Of a stretch of DNA of 64,000 nt, positions 1 to 13,422 are shown in pieces; positions within the stretch are counted from its first letter, which is position 1; the number at the start of each line of letters is the position of its first letter. Origin of the DNA: Neophaeotheca triangularis (taxonomy: Eukaryota). Under the pieces are notes generated by a model. That model worked only from the letters and a program-made list of their open reading frames with translations. It did no database searches and was not told the DNA's origin. The position numbers and the translations under genes are program-made. The stretch covers positions 124,001 to 188,000 of the forward strand of contig BAAIJX010000034.1 in NCBI GenBank assembly GCA_054600435.1, read 5' to 3'.

Positions 1-788
1 GGCCTTGCTCTTCGTCCTGGGTGTACGGTAGTTTTCCGAGTTTATTGCTCCAAGACCGAAACTCCCGCAGACGAACATGGGCCTCTGGAATCAATTCCTC
101 AAGGCCTCGTCATCGACCACCCACGCCCGCCCAAGACTCGCGCAACCAAAACTATCTCTTCGCTCTGCGTGTCTACCAAGCGGAAAAAGCCTGCCTGCTG
201 CCAACAAAGTCCAATTTCAAGTCCAGGTGACGAAGCATCCGACAAACCCGTTTTTCAAATCTGCTCGTCCGCAGTCCGATCTGATGATCCGAGTATTCTC
301 GCAAAATTACAGAAGCAGAAGTGGACGTACTTAGATAAAATACAGAAGCAACCCTTCCCAAAGCGGAAGCCATGTCGTCTCATTTGGCTTTGGACTGAGT
401 CTTGGCGCGTACTGCTACATCGGGACATCAGGACATCAAGCTACTCTACCTTGCTATATAAATCGAACGGTCTTAACAGCTACCACAGCATAGATATCTC
501 GACGGGTATTCCTAGCCAGCTTACCTTATGCTGTTAAGGAAAGTGATTTACTGGTGTAGCAAGGTAATGGCAGTGGTAGCGGCAAATCACTCAAGCAAGA
601 AGAAACATGCGGTAGTTGTCATAGTAAAGAGACCTTTTGCTTTTTCATACAGGTCGTGAATAGTAAAAGAATACACAGAAGCTAGCATCCGCGTGTCATG
701 CCAAAGAAAGCAGCACCAGGTCTGGAGATTCTGTCGACGCTGGCCGTCCACCAGTACCCCTAGCCCGACGAAACCCTGCTGTACGGCC

Positions 789-808
789 CTCTCTCTCTCT
801 CTCTCTCT
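789..808. repeat. (CT)n microsatellite
   Basis: About 10 CT units seen directly. Confidence 0.9.
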
Positions 809-980
809 CCTCACGAAACAAGACGACAACCCAAAAACGCCGCGCCAGCTTGCATAACGCATCGAACCAAACCATCCAAGCCAAACCCGCGACACGCAAA
901 AGCCACAGTGGCGGGAACCCACACTCAAACAAAACACCTCAAATCAGTCCCAACCCCCCTAACCCGATCAAACCCAAACC

Positions 981-3537
981 CTAATAAGTATCCCCGACTC
1001 CCTCCCCGCCGTCTCCCAGATCATCCGTCCAACCCCCCTCACTAACCTCCCCCTCTTCAACACTCCTCACCCTCTTTCCGCCACCCCCTTGACCCTCATA
1101 ACTCAGCCTTTTCCCAGCTTGCTTCAAACCGTCATAATATCTCCGCTGCGGCTCAACTTCGAGCACGGATTCCTCACCATCGGTGTACGTCTCCCAGTTC
1201 TCGCTGCTGCTGGCCGGGTACGAGGTATTGCTGGAAGTGTTTGAGATTTGTCGGTTGGTGCTCGAGGACGAGGGCGGCGCCATGGGGTATTTGGACTGGG
1301 AGGGCGCGTAGGAGGAGGCGGTTGTTGGGCGTGAAGAGGTCGTCGTCGTGGACTGGGAGGTTACCGAGTCTTGGGAGAGATTGGAACGAGCTGGATGGGG
1401 GCGGGAGGGTGGTGGGGGCATGGCGTTGAAGACGGTTTGCGCGAAGGGGTGGGTGTGCGGATTGTTGCGGTATTTGGGTTGTGAGTGAGGTGTTTCCGAG
1501 TAGGGGTCTTCGGACTCGGCGTGGCGAATTACGCTTACGGATCGCGAGGGGTCGGTTTCGAGGCTGTTTTCTTTGTAGAAGGGGTTGGGGGTTGGGGTTG
1601 GCGGGATGAAGAGGTCTTTCATTTTTGGTGGAGGTGCGATGGCGGCGTGTGGTCTGTTACTTCCTGGTGGCGCCATACGGCTTCCTCCGCGGATTGTGCT
1701 GTTGAGGTCCTGGCTGCGGGTCTTGCTGTGTTGCAGGGTGTTGGCACTGTAGTGGCCGGCGGCTGCGGTTTGTGGGCGGTGAATGGTACGTTCGGGGGAA
1801 TTGTTGCCGTCACGCAGGTTGCTCATCGGGAGGCGAGAAGCTGTTGGTAGTTTGGATGGGCTAGTTCGCCCGGCACTCGCTGCTGAGACGGATGAGCCCA
1901 TGACCGAGCTGGACATGGTGGATGCGGACATGGGTGGTCCACGCATGGTGTTGGCGGTGGGAGTCTTACTCCGTTGTGGTGGTGGAGGACCGCGCATTGT
2001 GCCTGCTCTGCTGGGCGCTGCGCTTCTGCCGGCGCTTTTGGGAGGTTCCCTCGTAGATCCGAGCGCGTTTGGTGTCTTGCTGCGGGTCGGAGGTGCTTTT
2101 GCTTGCGCGGCGTCCAGGTCGTCGATGTAACGCTCACCGTGTACGCAGAAAGGACGGCCATACTCGTCCTCCCAAGCCTCCAACGTCTTGCGCAAGTCTG
2201 CTTCAACCTTTGGCAGCTCCTTCGCAATACGCTTGCGCATCTTTTCCTCGCGGAGGAGTTTTCCAGGATCACGCTTCTCGCCCTTTGCGCCCTTTGCCAT
2301 GAGCCTGCTCGCATCTTGAGAAGAGTTGGCCAAATCCTCGCGATCCTTTATCAGACTCCTGTGTCTTTCGATAGCGGCCAAAATCGGTGCGCGCTGCTCC
2401 TTCAGCGCTTCCAAACGCGTAATTTCCTGCTCGTGGGCCGAAAGCAATGCATCACTGTATACGTCTGAGAAAGCCGGCGCAAAGTCCAACATCTCCTCCT
2501 CGCTGAAATACAGCCCATCCCACAGCTCCTGCAACTTGAACCGAGCATCCTCAACGAAAAGATGCAAATTCTGCCTCTTGAGCTCGTTCAGCCTAGACAG
2601 CTCATCTTCAAACTCGTTGATCTGTCTCAGACCACAACCGCGATTCGCAGCCAGAAATTGTCGCCTCTCCGAATCTTCCACACTCAAACGATCCCAAAGT
2701 CCTTCGACCGTCGAATGCAGCTCTTTGATTCTCCGCTCTCTCTGTTGCTTCTCCTGCACCAGCTTGTCCCGCTTCATACGCAACCTCTTAAGATCATCCT
2801 GATGCAAGCCCAATTGCTCCGGAGCTGTGCGCGCAAACTCCACAATCTGACTATCAACCTGCGCTTGCGGTGTGCCGAGTTCAGACCAAAGATTGATGAT
2901 CTCGTCGGCAAGCTGCGAAGCATGTTCCACACGCTTGTTGTACTCCTCATACACGCGCGTAAACTCATCGTCCAGATTTTGCACATATGTCGGGCTGAGA
3001 TCGAATGTCGGCGGTACTTGCGCATTCGGGCTGGTGGGGGGGAGCTTGATTTTGACGAAGCTGGGTTCGAGATGCGAGGCGTAGCTTTCCAGCGCCTCAA
3101 CAAGTTTCTTCACCTGCTCGTAGCGCTCGCGGTGAAGTTTGGCGATGGTGTTGTGTTTTTGTTTGAGTTTCTGAATGCATCCGAGGAGAGGGTGGGTGAC
3201 TTCGAGGCTTTCGCCGTCGGAGCTGTAGCCATTGTTGGTATCGTCTAGCGAGCGTTCCATTTGTTTGATTGTTTTGATGAGGCGCGTGGCCTCTTCGGTG
3301 AGGTCATGTTTCTCCTTGGTGACGAGGGAGAGTTGATTGTGGAGGGTTTCGGAGAGAGCTGCGAAGAGCTGAGGATTCATGTCAGTATGTATATGAGGTA
3401 GCGAGCGAGGTGGTCAAGACAGAACATACCTCTGACTCCCTGGAGTCGCGTTGGTGGGTAGGCACGCCGATTTCATTGAAAAGGCCATGCAGGCGCTCGA
3501 TGATCGAGTTGACCTGCTGAGACAGTTGACTGTCCAT
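981..3537 (-). CDS. ASE1: Microtubule-associated protein, Ase1/PRC1/MAP65 family
   Basis: Exon 1 3537-3430 (MDSQLSQQVNSIIERLHGLFNEIGVP...), GT-AG intron 3429-3369, exon 2 3368-981. Coiled-coil N-terminal half with ELWDGLYFSEEEM and RDPGKLLREEKMRKRIAKELPK motifs typical of Ase1; Ser/Pro-rich tail. Confidence 0.9.
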
Positions 3538-4204
3538 TGCGAGAAGTAGAGGATTGGGTGCTGCCAGCAGCGCTCAAGAGCTATGGTACCATGCGAGGTC
3601 CGAGGAATGTAGATGGGATGTTGGCGCGCGCCTTTGGGTTGAGTTTGTCGCGAGAGTCCAATTCTTCCAGGAAAGCTGCAATTATGGCAGTCAAGAGGGT
3701 TTGAGTAAGATTGTAGCGAGAGATGAGAGAATTGAATGGTGGTAGTAGTGGCTGTGGCAGTGGCAGTGGCAGTTGTTATTGGCTCGCGAAGGGGGATGGC
3801 TGGCGTGTGAGGGTGTCAGTAGTCAGTCAGTAGTACTGTAAGGCAGTGTTTACTGTTTGTTGCTATGCCGCGGCTACTCCCGCTGGATTTACGCGGAAAC
3901 AACGACCGACACTAATAAAAAGCTTCGACGACAAGTCTAATTAGTAAGTTCAGGTGTCATGTTCCAAAGTTAAGGTATTTCTTATTATTTGCCTCGTGCG
4001 TGACAATCATGACGGTCTTTCTGTCTTTTCTCTTATTCACATGATATCGTGACTGCGATTGAAAGAGCCAGTCACGTCGACAAACACCTTTCCCATACGA
4101 CACTGGACAAGATGATAAGTGCCACTTTCCTTTCCGTCCGCAATCTTTTCTTCATCGCTTCCTTCGTCTTTCCTACTCCGCCTTGAAGAAACAGAAGAAG
4201 AAAC

Positions 4205-5242
4205 ATGTCCTACGAACATGGTGGCAAACTTTCCTATCATGAGAGTACCGTCTCTGCATCCTCAGAAGAAGACGGCACTCACCTCCCCCTTTCCGCCGAA
4301 ATCAACAAAGCCACCCAGTCCGCGCACACATCCCTCAACCGCCTCATCACCGCCCGAATCGAAACCTTCCTAGCCAATCGCCACAACCCCGAAGTCCTCG
4401 AAGTCTACAGCCTCGCCCTCATCGCCCTCCAATCCCTCTACGCCAATTTTGAAAACGCCCACACGGCCTTCATCCACAACCACACGTCCCAAACCCCTCC
4501 ATCCCCTTCCCCTCACATCCACGCCCTACACTCAGCCCTCACACACCTCCCACCGGTCAACCTCCCCCGCGCCCCCGCCTTCGCAGCCGACTACGCCCAC
4601 CTCCACGAACTCTTCTACCGCAGCCACGGCTGGGAAGCCGAAAACGCCGCCAGCAACCACGGCTACACCTACCGCGAATTCCGCGACTCCACGGCACGCA
4701 ACACGGCCTACATCCTCCGCCACCACAGCAGCTACCTCTCAACCCTCGCCCCTCGCCTCGCAGCAAGACCCCACCTCTATCTCGCCCACGCGCACTGCCT
4801 CTACATGGCGATTTTCAGCGGCGGGCGCTACGTACGCGCGCGCCTAGCCTCAGCCGGCCCGGATTTCTGGCTCGATCCCGGCCTCTTCACCGCAAAAGAG
4901 GAAGCAGAATTACGCGGTCTTTCCGGTACGCCGACCGCGATGCCCGGGTTCTCGTTTCTGAGCTTTCCCGGTGCGGATGATGGGCTAGAGTTGAAGCGGG
5001 TTTTTAAGGAGCGGTTTGCCGTTTTTGATGGGCTTTTGAGTGAGGGCGAGAGGAGGGAGATTGTGGCCGAGGCGGAGGGGGTTTTTGCGTTTTTGTTGGA
5101 GCTGGTGGTGAGTTTGGATGGGTGTTTGGGGAGAAGGCAGAGATGGGAGCGCTGGGTTTGGAGGAAGGGGCTCGTGTGGGCGGTTTTGTTGTTGCCCGTG
5201 CTTGTTGTGGCGGTTGCATTGTTGACTGAGGGTCGGGGGTGA
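4205..5242 (+). CDS. Heme oxygenase-like protein with C-terminal membrane anchor
   Basis: 345-aa ORF with LSAEINKATQSAHTSLNRLI (candidate proximal His helix), LAHAHCLYMAIFSGGRY (distal helix GG) and a hydrophobic C-terminal tail. Confidence 0.8.
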   Translation: MSYEHGGKLSYHESTVSASSEEDGTHLPLSAEINKATQSAHTSLNRLITARIETFLANRHNPEVLEVYSLALIALQSLYANFENAHTAFIHNHTSQTPPSPSPHIHALHSALTHLPPVNLPRAPAFAADYAHLHELFYRSHGWEAENAASNHGYTYREFRDSTARNTAYILRHHSSYLSTLAPRLAARPHLYLAHAHCLYMAIFSGGRYVRARLASAGPDFWLDPGLFTAKEEAELRGLSGTPTAMPGFSFLSFPGADDGLELKRVFKERFAVFDGLLSEGERREIVAEAEGVFAFLLELVVSLDGCLGRRQRWERWVWRKGLVWAVLLLPVLVVAVALLTEGRG

Positions 5243-8200
5243 GCTTGTGGTTTTGTGGGATAGAGTGAGGTTTTTTTGCTTGTGGTTCTCTCGCGTTTCT
5301 AGCGTCGTGATTGGTTTCCTGGGAGGGTTTTGGGAAATCTGTACTCGCGATTTGGATAATAAGAATCTACCTGCGTTTGCTTGCGCTACAGCGAGTGTCA
5401 CCCAGCATTTCGCCGTTTGACCAGAACCTCACAGGCCCACGCCCCCCATCTCAACCCCATTCCATTTGAACAGGGCATAGGGGACCAAAGATTCTCATCT
5501 TCGACTCCGTAATCCAAAGAACCGCCGAAACCACCAGAACGCCAAAACATCAGAGCAAGCCGCCAACATTGTCACGAAACTGCACAAACAATATACAGTG
5601 GAAGGCACATAAAAAGCCGAACCGCAATCTCGACCACCTAGCTCTTTGCGAGGTCGTCAACCGCGACCAAAGCCCACGACTCTGCGCAAAGAGCAGAGAA
5701 TCTACAGTCTCTTATGCCCTTCCCCGCATAGTTGAGGGCAGTAGAGAGCAGAGCAGCGGGTTTCGAGCATGTGTTCTGTGGTCAAGGGGTAGTGGCCAGG
5801 GCAAGGGTTTGAGTATCAAAGTGATGCAGAATTTCGAGTCGTCACCGTGGCTCGATTGCGACGCAGTTCAGAGAGTCGGCCATCGCCAGTTATGCGACTC
5901 CTTTAATCCAAATGGCGCTTGCGGCGGTAGTACTAATGCCTGGATGAGAACGTCTGCGGATTGGATTTCCCCGTGTCTTCTCGAGGGCGTGATACCTGCT
6001 TCGCTAGGTTGCAGCCCCGTGTACCTGTGCCTCTTCCCTGCGTCCTTGCCTACACACCCTCGCGCCCAGCACGCCCTTTTCCACGCCTGCTGTCGCCGAA
6101 GCATGTACAAATACCTTGCACGTCAATAAGGTATACAAGTCTACATAACACACACACCTAGGTACCCCGGTTCCTCTATACACAGTGCCGATTTGCACAG
6201 GTACTGCACTGCCAGAGCTTTATCTCCAACCACTCACGCCCCTAGTCTACAGCGAACAGACTACCGAACGACGAGAGTAGTAGCACCACCTTCACCTTGA
6301 CACCTTTGACGACAAACCACGATTCCGCGCGAGCTGCAACCAAGCCGTCCGCTTCAACCGTCACGAAGCGAGAATGCGCCGAGACGATGCCAGAAACTAC
6401 TACTGACAAGCTTGCAAAACTCCACGTAGCGGTGCAGCGGGTGGTGTTTGGGTGTGGTCGTCTAAAGTAGGTGCTAGGCAGGAGAGGCTGTAATTCCAGC
6501 GCGTGTCCGCCAGCTTGCGCGCCCTTACGATACCACGTAATAGACTCCAGACCACCGCAACCGCAAGAGCGACCTAGCTCTAGCTCCGCGGTGGTTTGGT
6601 TGCTGAAAACGCCCCGTTGGTTTCGGAGCGTGGTCGTCTCTCCTCGAGGCTTGGGCAAGAACCTTAAGAAAGGAAACACTACGACCTTGGGCAAGGGAAG
6701 AGAGACGGGAGACGGAAAAGGGCAGACGGCGAGCCCGACGTCGTTTGGGAAATCCCCGATGTTCTCGCGTTTTGCGCGCCGCGAGAAATAGCAGCTGCCT
6801 ACTGTACTACTACTACTACGAGCACACCTGCCGCTTTCGGTAGGTCGATCACGGGCTCTGATGCCGGAGAGCAGTACTACCTACTACTATCTCTGCGAGC
6901 CGAGGCCGCGCGCTCTTCGCAGCGGCTTGGCGGTTCCTGTTCGTCTTGGTAGGTTAAGGTAGGTAGATAGCGAGCGAGGTAGAGGCGTCTGGAGTGCAGA
7001 TGCTAGGACCTGGGTGAGCGGGAAAAGGGATCATGTCGATGGGGGCGGGCGCATACCCAGGTAGGAATGGTGGGGGAGGGTGGTCCGGTGGTGTGGTTAA
7101 GGTTGCTGTTGATTGTCTGGAGATGTGAGATGAGATGATGGGAGATAAGGGAGGATAGGATAGGAAGGAGAAAGGGTTGTTGTGAACGGTTGGCTGGTGA
7201 GAGGCGATACTGCTGCTGAGAGCCTCAGACTTGATAGGACGCGGCCGCCGTCGGCGGGTTACGCGGTGTCTGTTATCAGACGACTACTCTTTCTTCCTGA
7301 ATAATATTCCTAAGTTAATGCTACGTAGTTAGAATATTGATGGTCGTGCCTACTTCTTTGGTAATTTTTTTCTCAGTTTACGAGAGGATTATCATTATTA
7401 TTGTGTGTTACTGTCGTTCGGCTCGTTCCCAACAACAAACGGGCTCGGATATATCTCGCTGGGCGATAACAGGAGGAAGGCAGAGAGCAATTGCAAAGAG
7501 TCACGTTTTGAACATGTGCCCAATCCCAGTTCGCCGGGCGCCGGGGCAGGCTTGCGCGCCAATCACATTCAAGCTGATTAGGGACCCTGGCGATCGGGGC
7601 TAGAAGACGCACGTTTCTTCTTTACTAGGCCGAGTTAGGAAGGCCTGTACGTCAAGGTCGTCGCCCGCGGTGGATGACGGGAGGGATCCAGTGAAGTGGG
7701 CGGAGAAGTCGATGCTGGAGGAAAAATAGAATCGGGTTACGGGTAGCCGAGTACGAGAGTAGTAATTTATTAAACAGGGCGAAACAGTGAGTAGTGACAG
7801 CAAGGAATCACTACCTCCCTATGGTAAGGTAAAGTAGGTACCGGTGGTCGTGTGTTACCTTAGCATGGCGATTTCTTATCAGTTTGGCTTGGGTCAGCCG
7901 AAAGCCAACCACTCCCTGCTCATACTGTACGCGCTTCTAGTACTACCTACCTACCGTACCTACTCATCGTTCATAGTTATCTCTGTCTTCACTTCCCGTC
8001 ACTCTTGACTGCTCTCTCCTCTCCTTATATACATCTAGACCAGCACACTATTGGATATCCTCTCGCTCACGTTACTACAACACCGACCATTATACCGAAA
8101 CAAGACGATGCCGGACTGAGACCAGAGACCTCCACCATCTCCTACCCCTGGAGTCTAGTCGGGAATTACGACATAGAAACACGCGGGCCGCTTTTAGATG

Positions 8201-8588
8201 ACATTTATTGCAAACGACGTCGGAGGAAGCCCCAACAGGAAGAAGACGGGACTACTACTCTTGCTCAAGAGTCCGCGACAGGCTGTCCGTAACGTTAACG
8301 TTAACAACCGAGGCGTCCAGTGACAAGTCTGGAAGCCTTGACCTTGTTGCCGCTTCGGTACTACTACTACCATTACTACTCACTCCATCGGCGCGCCGTC
8401 GGCCCAAAGAGCCACACCCAAACCACACGAGCGACAGTGCGACAGTCCGAAGCTGCGACATCGTCCAGCCTACACACCCGACCCTAACTCACGACGTGGA
8501 GTCTCGTGGAGATCGCGTGACTAACCTCTTTCCCACCAACCCTGGCGCCCAACTCCACTACCACACTGCCTCTCTTTCCGCTTTCAAC

Positions 8589-10322
8589 ATGCTGGTCCAA
8601 CCTCGCTCTTTTAAGTACGGTAGCCCACCGCCCACGAGGGAAACCACACGAGACATGATTCCCAAAAAGACGACCCCTTCAAGGCCGACCATTACACGAC
8701 GAAGCGCATCTCCAAAGCGAGAGTCGTCGTCGTCGTCGTCGCTCGAGCAGCCTCTGCAATCAACATCTGCGCCGGTCGCGATCCCCTCGAAGCCGGTTGC
8801 CGTGCCTTTGCACTCTCAGCGATCGCAATCTGGAGGCAATACCAAGACAATGCAGACTGTACGATCGCGAGGACAACATGGCGGCAGGAGACGACCAACA
8901 ACGAATGCCGACCCGAGACACCGCGAAGACGCTCTCCCACCGGCGGTAGCAGCACTCCTCGCAGTGACGGCAATCCCCCCTCCCAAACCGAATCAATTCC
9001 GCCGTCGAATGTCGAGCAACAAACAAAACGTCTCTATTGACGAGTTGGTGAGCTCGTGGAAGAGCGAGGATATGCTCAACACAAAAAGTTGTAGCAGTAG
9101 CCTGACATTGAGCATGCTTTTGGAAGACAACGAGGTGATCGAACCGCGATCGGCTTCCCCGCGAGAAGACTACATGCACCACAGATCAACGTCGAGCGAT
9201 TCCATGCCTTCACTCGAAGCAGACGATCAATCCGTGCACTCCACAGCCAGCCCTTCGCCATCAACACCGGGCTCATCAATGCGCAGCCGCAATTCCAGCT
9301 TCAACTTCACAACCCAACAAAAGCCAGCAACAAAACCTAAACACCTCCCGCAACCCCAAGACTGCGCGCACGAACACCCGCTAGTCCGTAACCCCCTCGA
9401 CGACGACATCGAAGACGGTCTCCTCCAACCCACAGCCTCAAACACCCCTCTCAACCGCCAACCGCCCAAACCCCGCTCAACATTCCGCTCCAACCTCACC
9501 CTTTCCCTCCAAAACCTCAAATCCGCCGCCGCGAAGAAGTTCTCCCTCTCCCCTCAACAACAACAACAACCAGCAACCCCCAACTCCTCACCCACCACCG
9601 GTAAACCGCGCTACCCGGACTCCCTGCTCTGGTCACACCCGTACCTCTTCCCACGTTTCAGCTCCGAAACCCGACCAGCGCCCACCACGGCGCCCCCAAG
9701 CCGCGCCCAACGCCACTACCTCAACCCGCCACCGCCTCAAATTCAAAACCCCCACCACCACAACCATCAACAACCCCACTTAACCTTTGAAGAACAAGAA
9801 GCCCCCTTCCAACTCGCCCTGCACGCGCCCTACCTCCACAACCAAAACCAAAACCAAAACCCCACCAACCCAAACACCAACCCCACCTCCCCCCCCAAAA
9901 TCCGCTGGGTAGCCCTCCAAACCTACCACCCCCACCGCCGCAACACCCCCAAACCCCCCACCTCCACCCGCTGCCGTAGCTCCCCCAGCTCCCACAACAA
10001 AGCCCCCACAACCCGCTCTCCCGCCTCCTCCTCTTCTTCTTCTTCTCCTCCTCCTCCAACCTCCCGCCAAAGAGAAGTCCGCGAAAACTCCGATTTCTTG
10101 CGCGTCGTGGTGCTCGAGATGAATATGCGGCGGGGTGGGAAGTTGGAAGTGGGTGGTGCTGGGAGTGGGGGGAAAGCGAGGTTTTGGTTGCCGCCTAGGG
10201 CTGTTGAGACTGAGACTGAGGCTGAGACTGGGACGGAGGTTGGGGGTTTGGGGGATGGAGATGGGGATGGGGAGGGTAGGGGCGCGAGAGTTCCGAGGAG
10301 GTGGAGGGGGGTGAGTGCTTGA
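8589..10322 (+). CDS. Conserved fungal hypothetical protein, Ser/Pro-rich
   Basis: Long ORF; first ATG at 8589 (MLVQPRSFKYG). LPPAVAALLAVTAIP and REVRENSDFLRVVVLEMNMRR...ARFWLPPR look like conserved blocks within low-complexity sequence. Confidence 0.7.
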   Translation: MLVQPRSFKYGSPPPTRETTRDMIPKKTTPSRPTITRRSASPKRESSSSSSLEQPLQSTSAPVAIPSKPVAVPLHSQRSQSGGNTKTMQTVRSRGQHGGRRRPTTNADPRHREDALPPAVAALLAVTAIPPPKPNQFRRRMSSNKQNVSIDELVSSWKSEDMLNTKSCSSSLTLSMLLEDNEVIEPRSASPREDYMHHRSTSSDSMPSLEADDQSVHSTASPSPSTPGSSMRSRNSSFNFTTQQKPATKPKHLPQPQDCAHEHPLVRNPLDDDIEDGLLQPTASNTPLNRQPPKPRSTFRSNLTLSLQNLKSAAAKKFSLSPQQQQQPATPNSSPTTGKPRYPDSLLWSHPYLFPRFSSETRPAPTTAPPSRAQRHYLNPPPPQIQNPHHHNHQQPHLTFEEQEAPFQLALHAPYLHNQNQNQNPTNPNTNPTSPPKIRWVALQTYHPHRRNTPKPPTSTRCRSSPSSHNKAPTTRSPASSSSSSSPPPPTSRQREVRENSDFLRVVVLEMNMRRGGKLEVGGAGSGGKARFWLPPRAVETETEAETGTEVGGLGDGDGDGEGRGARVPRRWRGVSA

Positions 10323-11751
10323 AATTGAGGTTGAGGTTGTGGTTGAGGTTGTGGTTGTGGTTGTTAAGTGGTGGAGTGGAACGAACCAAGGCCGTGGGGA
10401 TGTTTGATCCCCCTTTGACGTTTTAGCGATTGGACGTTTATGGAGTTTTTTTGAATTTTTTTTTACTTTTCTCTCCTCGCTGCCTCGCTGCCTAGATGGC
10501 AAATTGGAGCCTTCGAGGAGGGGGAAGTTGGGATGTTTGAAAGATACGGTTACATACTTTTTTTTTCCCCCGACATAGCGCCCAATTACCACTTTTTATT
10601 ATCTACTGCGGCTAGATCTATCTATCTATGCCATTTATCTATACTCGTATGTGTCTGTCTGTGATAGTTACGTACCCTCCTTGACCGCATCAAATATCGT
10701 GGATGCATGGGTCATGATGAGTTAGTTAGTTAGTTACCCCTGACCAGCTTGACGCCTGCCTGCCTGCCTTTAACGCCATGTCTGCCTGGAGAGCTAGAGG
10801 TAGAGATGTGTAGATTGATTAGGGAGAGTAGTAGGTGAATCTAAACTACAAGCTGCTATAGGAGTGGGAGCTGTTTGCTTTAGTCGATAATTGATAAGAC
10901 TAGTTAGGTGGTAGGTATGTGATGATACGCGGTTAGGAAGAGAGGGTGTTTGAACGATCAGCTGTCTTCTCGAGCCGAGTCGTATAATGGTGGTTTTTTC
11001 CTTTTAATCACGGAGGTGAGATGACTTGATAGAATAATAAGACACTTACTCGATTTGCTCTTATTTCTAGGGTTTAACCAGTTGTCTTGCTCTCTTGCTT
11101 AAACCCCTAATAATTAACTCGCTACTCTCTTACTCTTCCTCGTAAATCGACCCGTTATAGACTAAGGTAGTAACTTACCGCCGTAATAAGTAGGGCTTCT
11201 TCACGGCCATCTATCACGCCTACCTCTACCATTTACCTTGCCTAAACTGTCACACATACACATCCCCCACTATCCCCCGAGCCCTAAATAACTTTTAGTA
11301 GATAGACGAGAGCTTCTAGACTACCGTCGGTATGTGACGCAGGCCGCGTCCTGCAATTGTGCGGCACGTACAGCTACTAATGAGTAAGTTACGACGCAAT
11401 CAATCTCGAAGCCCGTTTATTGTACCGAGGTTTCTTTGCCCGCCCGCTCGTTAGGCATATAAGAAGAAGAAGAAGAAGAAGGAGAAGAAGAAAAAGTAGA
11501 GAAAATCAATGCTCCGCTCCCCCTCGCCGCTTTGAAAAACATCTTCTCCCCGTGTTTTATCTCAAGTTAGAGCAAGAGATTCTTTCGGCCTGGTAAGGTT
11601 GGTTGTGGTTTCTGGCCCGAAGCGTCACGGCTGGCTAGCAAGCAAGCAAGCAAGCAAGCAACGGATAACAAAACTTTGTTCCTTGGGGGTTTCGGGTGGA
11701 ATGAAAGTCTAACCTTACCTGCCTCGTGTACGCTCGTGCTCCTGATCGATA

Positions 11752-13299
11752 ATGGCGCGGTCCGACGGCGGCTTTGCTGGTGATGTTACTACTGCTGCTG
11801 CTGCTGCTACTACTACTGCTACTACTGCTACTACTTCTACTACTTCTACTACCACCACTGCCGGCAGTTTTGTCGACGACTGCGAGGAACATGTCGAACA
11901 AGACCTGTGGCAAAGGGATTCAGGGAGCTTTGAAGAGTATCACGACAGCTTTTCGGATGTTGAGGCTTTAGGTCCGGAGTCTTTTGCTGGGTTTAGACGT
12001 TTGAGTGGGTTGAGAAAGGGGTTTTGGACGAGGGTCTTTGCGATGGAGGGAGGACTTAGACGAAGGAGGATTGCTCTTGGGGTGGATGACGGGGTCGATG
12101 GGAGAAATGCCTTGTTTCGTCGTCGCAAGTTGGGCGGTTCGAGTAAGAGTCTTTGGCTCTTTGTTGCACGCTTTGCGTTGGCTTTTGGGGCGGTGTCGTT
12201 TGCCTTGGTGTCAGTACCCCTTTTTGAATGTAGTGGACTTGGTGGATTCTAACTCAAATACAGCGGATATTACACCCTCGCATCCCTCCTCTTCGACGGA
12301 CCACTCATCTCAACCCCCTTCCTCCCCAACTACGGCCAACCCGGCGAAAACCTCTTATCCCACCTCTACGAAATCACCCGCAACACCACCCCCATCCCCT
12401 GCCACTCCCATAACGACTACTGGCGTCGCATCCCGCTCCTGACCGCCCTTCACGCAGGCTGCATCTCCGTCGAAGCAGACATCTGGCACTTTCCGTCCGA
12501 CGACAACCTCTACGTCGGCCACGACACAGCCTCGCTAACCCCATCCCGCACATTGCAAAACCTCTACATCGACCCCCTCCTAACCCTCCTCGACGCCGCA
12601 AACCCCAACACCACCAACAGCACCAACCACCCCCTCAACGGCGTCTTCACAACCCACCCAACCCAACCCCTAATCCTCCTCCTCGACCTCAAAACCCACC
12701 ACCCCACCACCCTCCCCCACATCCTCCACTCCCTAGAACCCCTCCTCTCAAAATCCTACCTCACAACACACAACCCCACGACCAACCTCCGCACCCCAGG
12801 CCCTCTAACCATAACCGCCACGGGCGCAACCCCCTACTCCGCGCTCCTAGCCCTGGAACCCACAACCCAGCGCACCATCTTCTACGACGCCAAACTCACG
12901 GCGCTCACGACCCCAGCCCCCGACCTCCCCCCCTACTCCCCCGCCACAGCTTCCACGGCTTCCGCGCCCCTGATCAAATCCCTAGGCCTCCCACTCTCCT
13001 GGCGCCAGTTCCCGCTCTTGTGGCAATTCTCGCCTTCCCAGCTCGAAATCCTTCGACAGCGCTTCAGGGAAGCTCGGAGTAGGGGGTTGGTGGTTCGGTA
13101 CTGGGATTTGCCCGCTTGGCCCGGGTGGTGGAGGAGGGCGGTTTGGAGGGGGCTGGTGCGGGTTGCGGGGGAGGTTGGGGAGGGGGGGAGGGGGGTTTGC
13201 GGGAGCGGAGGGGGAGGGGGGGTTGTGCCGGATTGCGGGGTTTTGCTTAATGTTGATGATGTTGAGGGGGTTGCTAGGGGGGAGTGGGGGGTTTGGTGA
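11752..13299 (+). CDS. PLC-like phosphodiesterase, AIM6 family
   Basis: Removing intron 12210-12263 (GTCAGT...CTAAC...CAG) joins the N-terminal TM segment to PIPCHSHNDYWRRIPLLTALHAGCISVEADIW, LILLLDLK and VRYWDLPAWP, which are AIM6-type motifs. Confidence 0.8.
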
Positions 13300-13325
13300 G
13301 GTGGGGTATCATGGGTTTGGGGCGT

Positions 13326-13422
13326 TTTCGTTTTCGTTCTTGTTCTCGTTCTCGTTCTCGTTCATGTCCTCGTCCTTGTTCTCGTTCTCGTTTTTGCTCT
13401 CGTTCTCGTTCTCGTTCTCGTT
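13326..13422. repeat. Degenerate (TTCTCG)n microsatellite
   Basis: Hexamer repeats seen directly. Confidence 0.8.

Noticed and set aside
1..537. Short overlapping ORFs at the window start
   Set aside because: No recognisable motifs; could be the tail of an upstream gene but this cannot be supported.
8208..8588. In-frame upstream extension of the hypothetical gene
   Set aside because: No ATG; reads like 5' UTR, with no evidence for non-AUG initiation.
11040..11340. TpA-rich stretch as a transposon relic
   Set aside because: No terminal repeats or transposase/RT remnants recognised.
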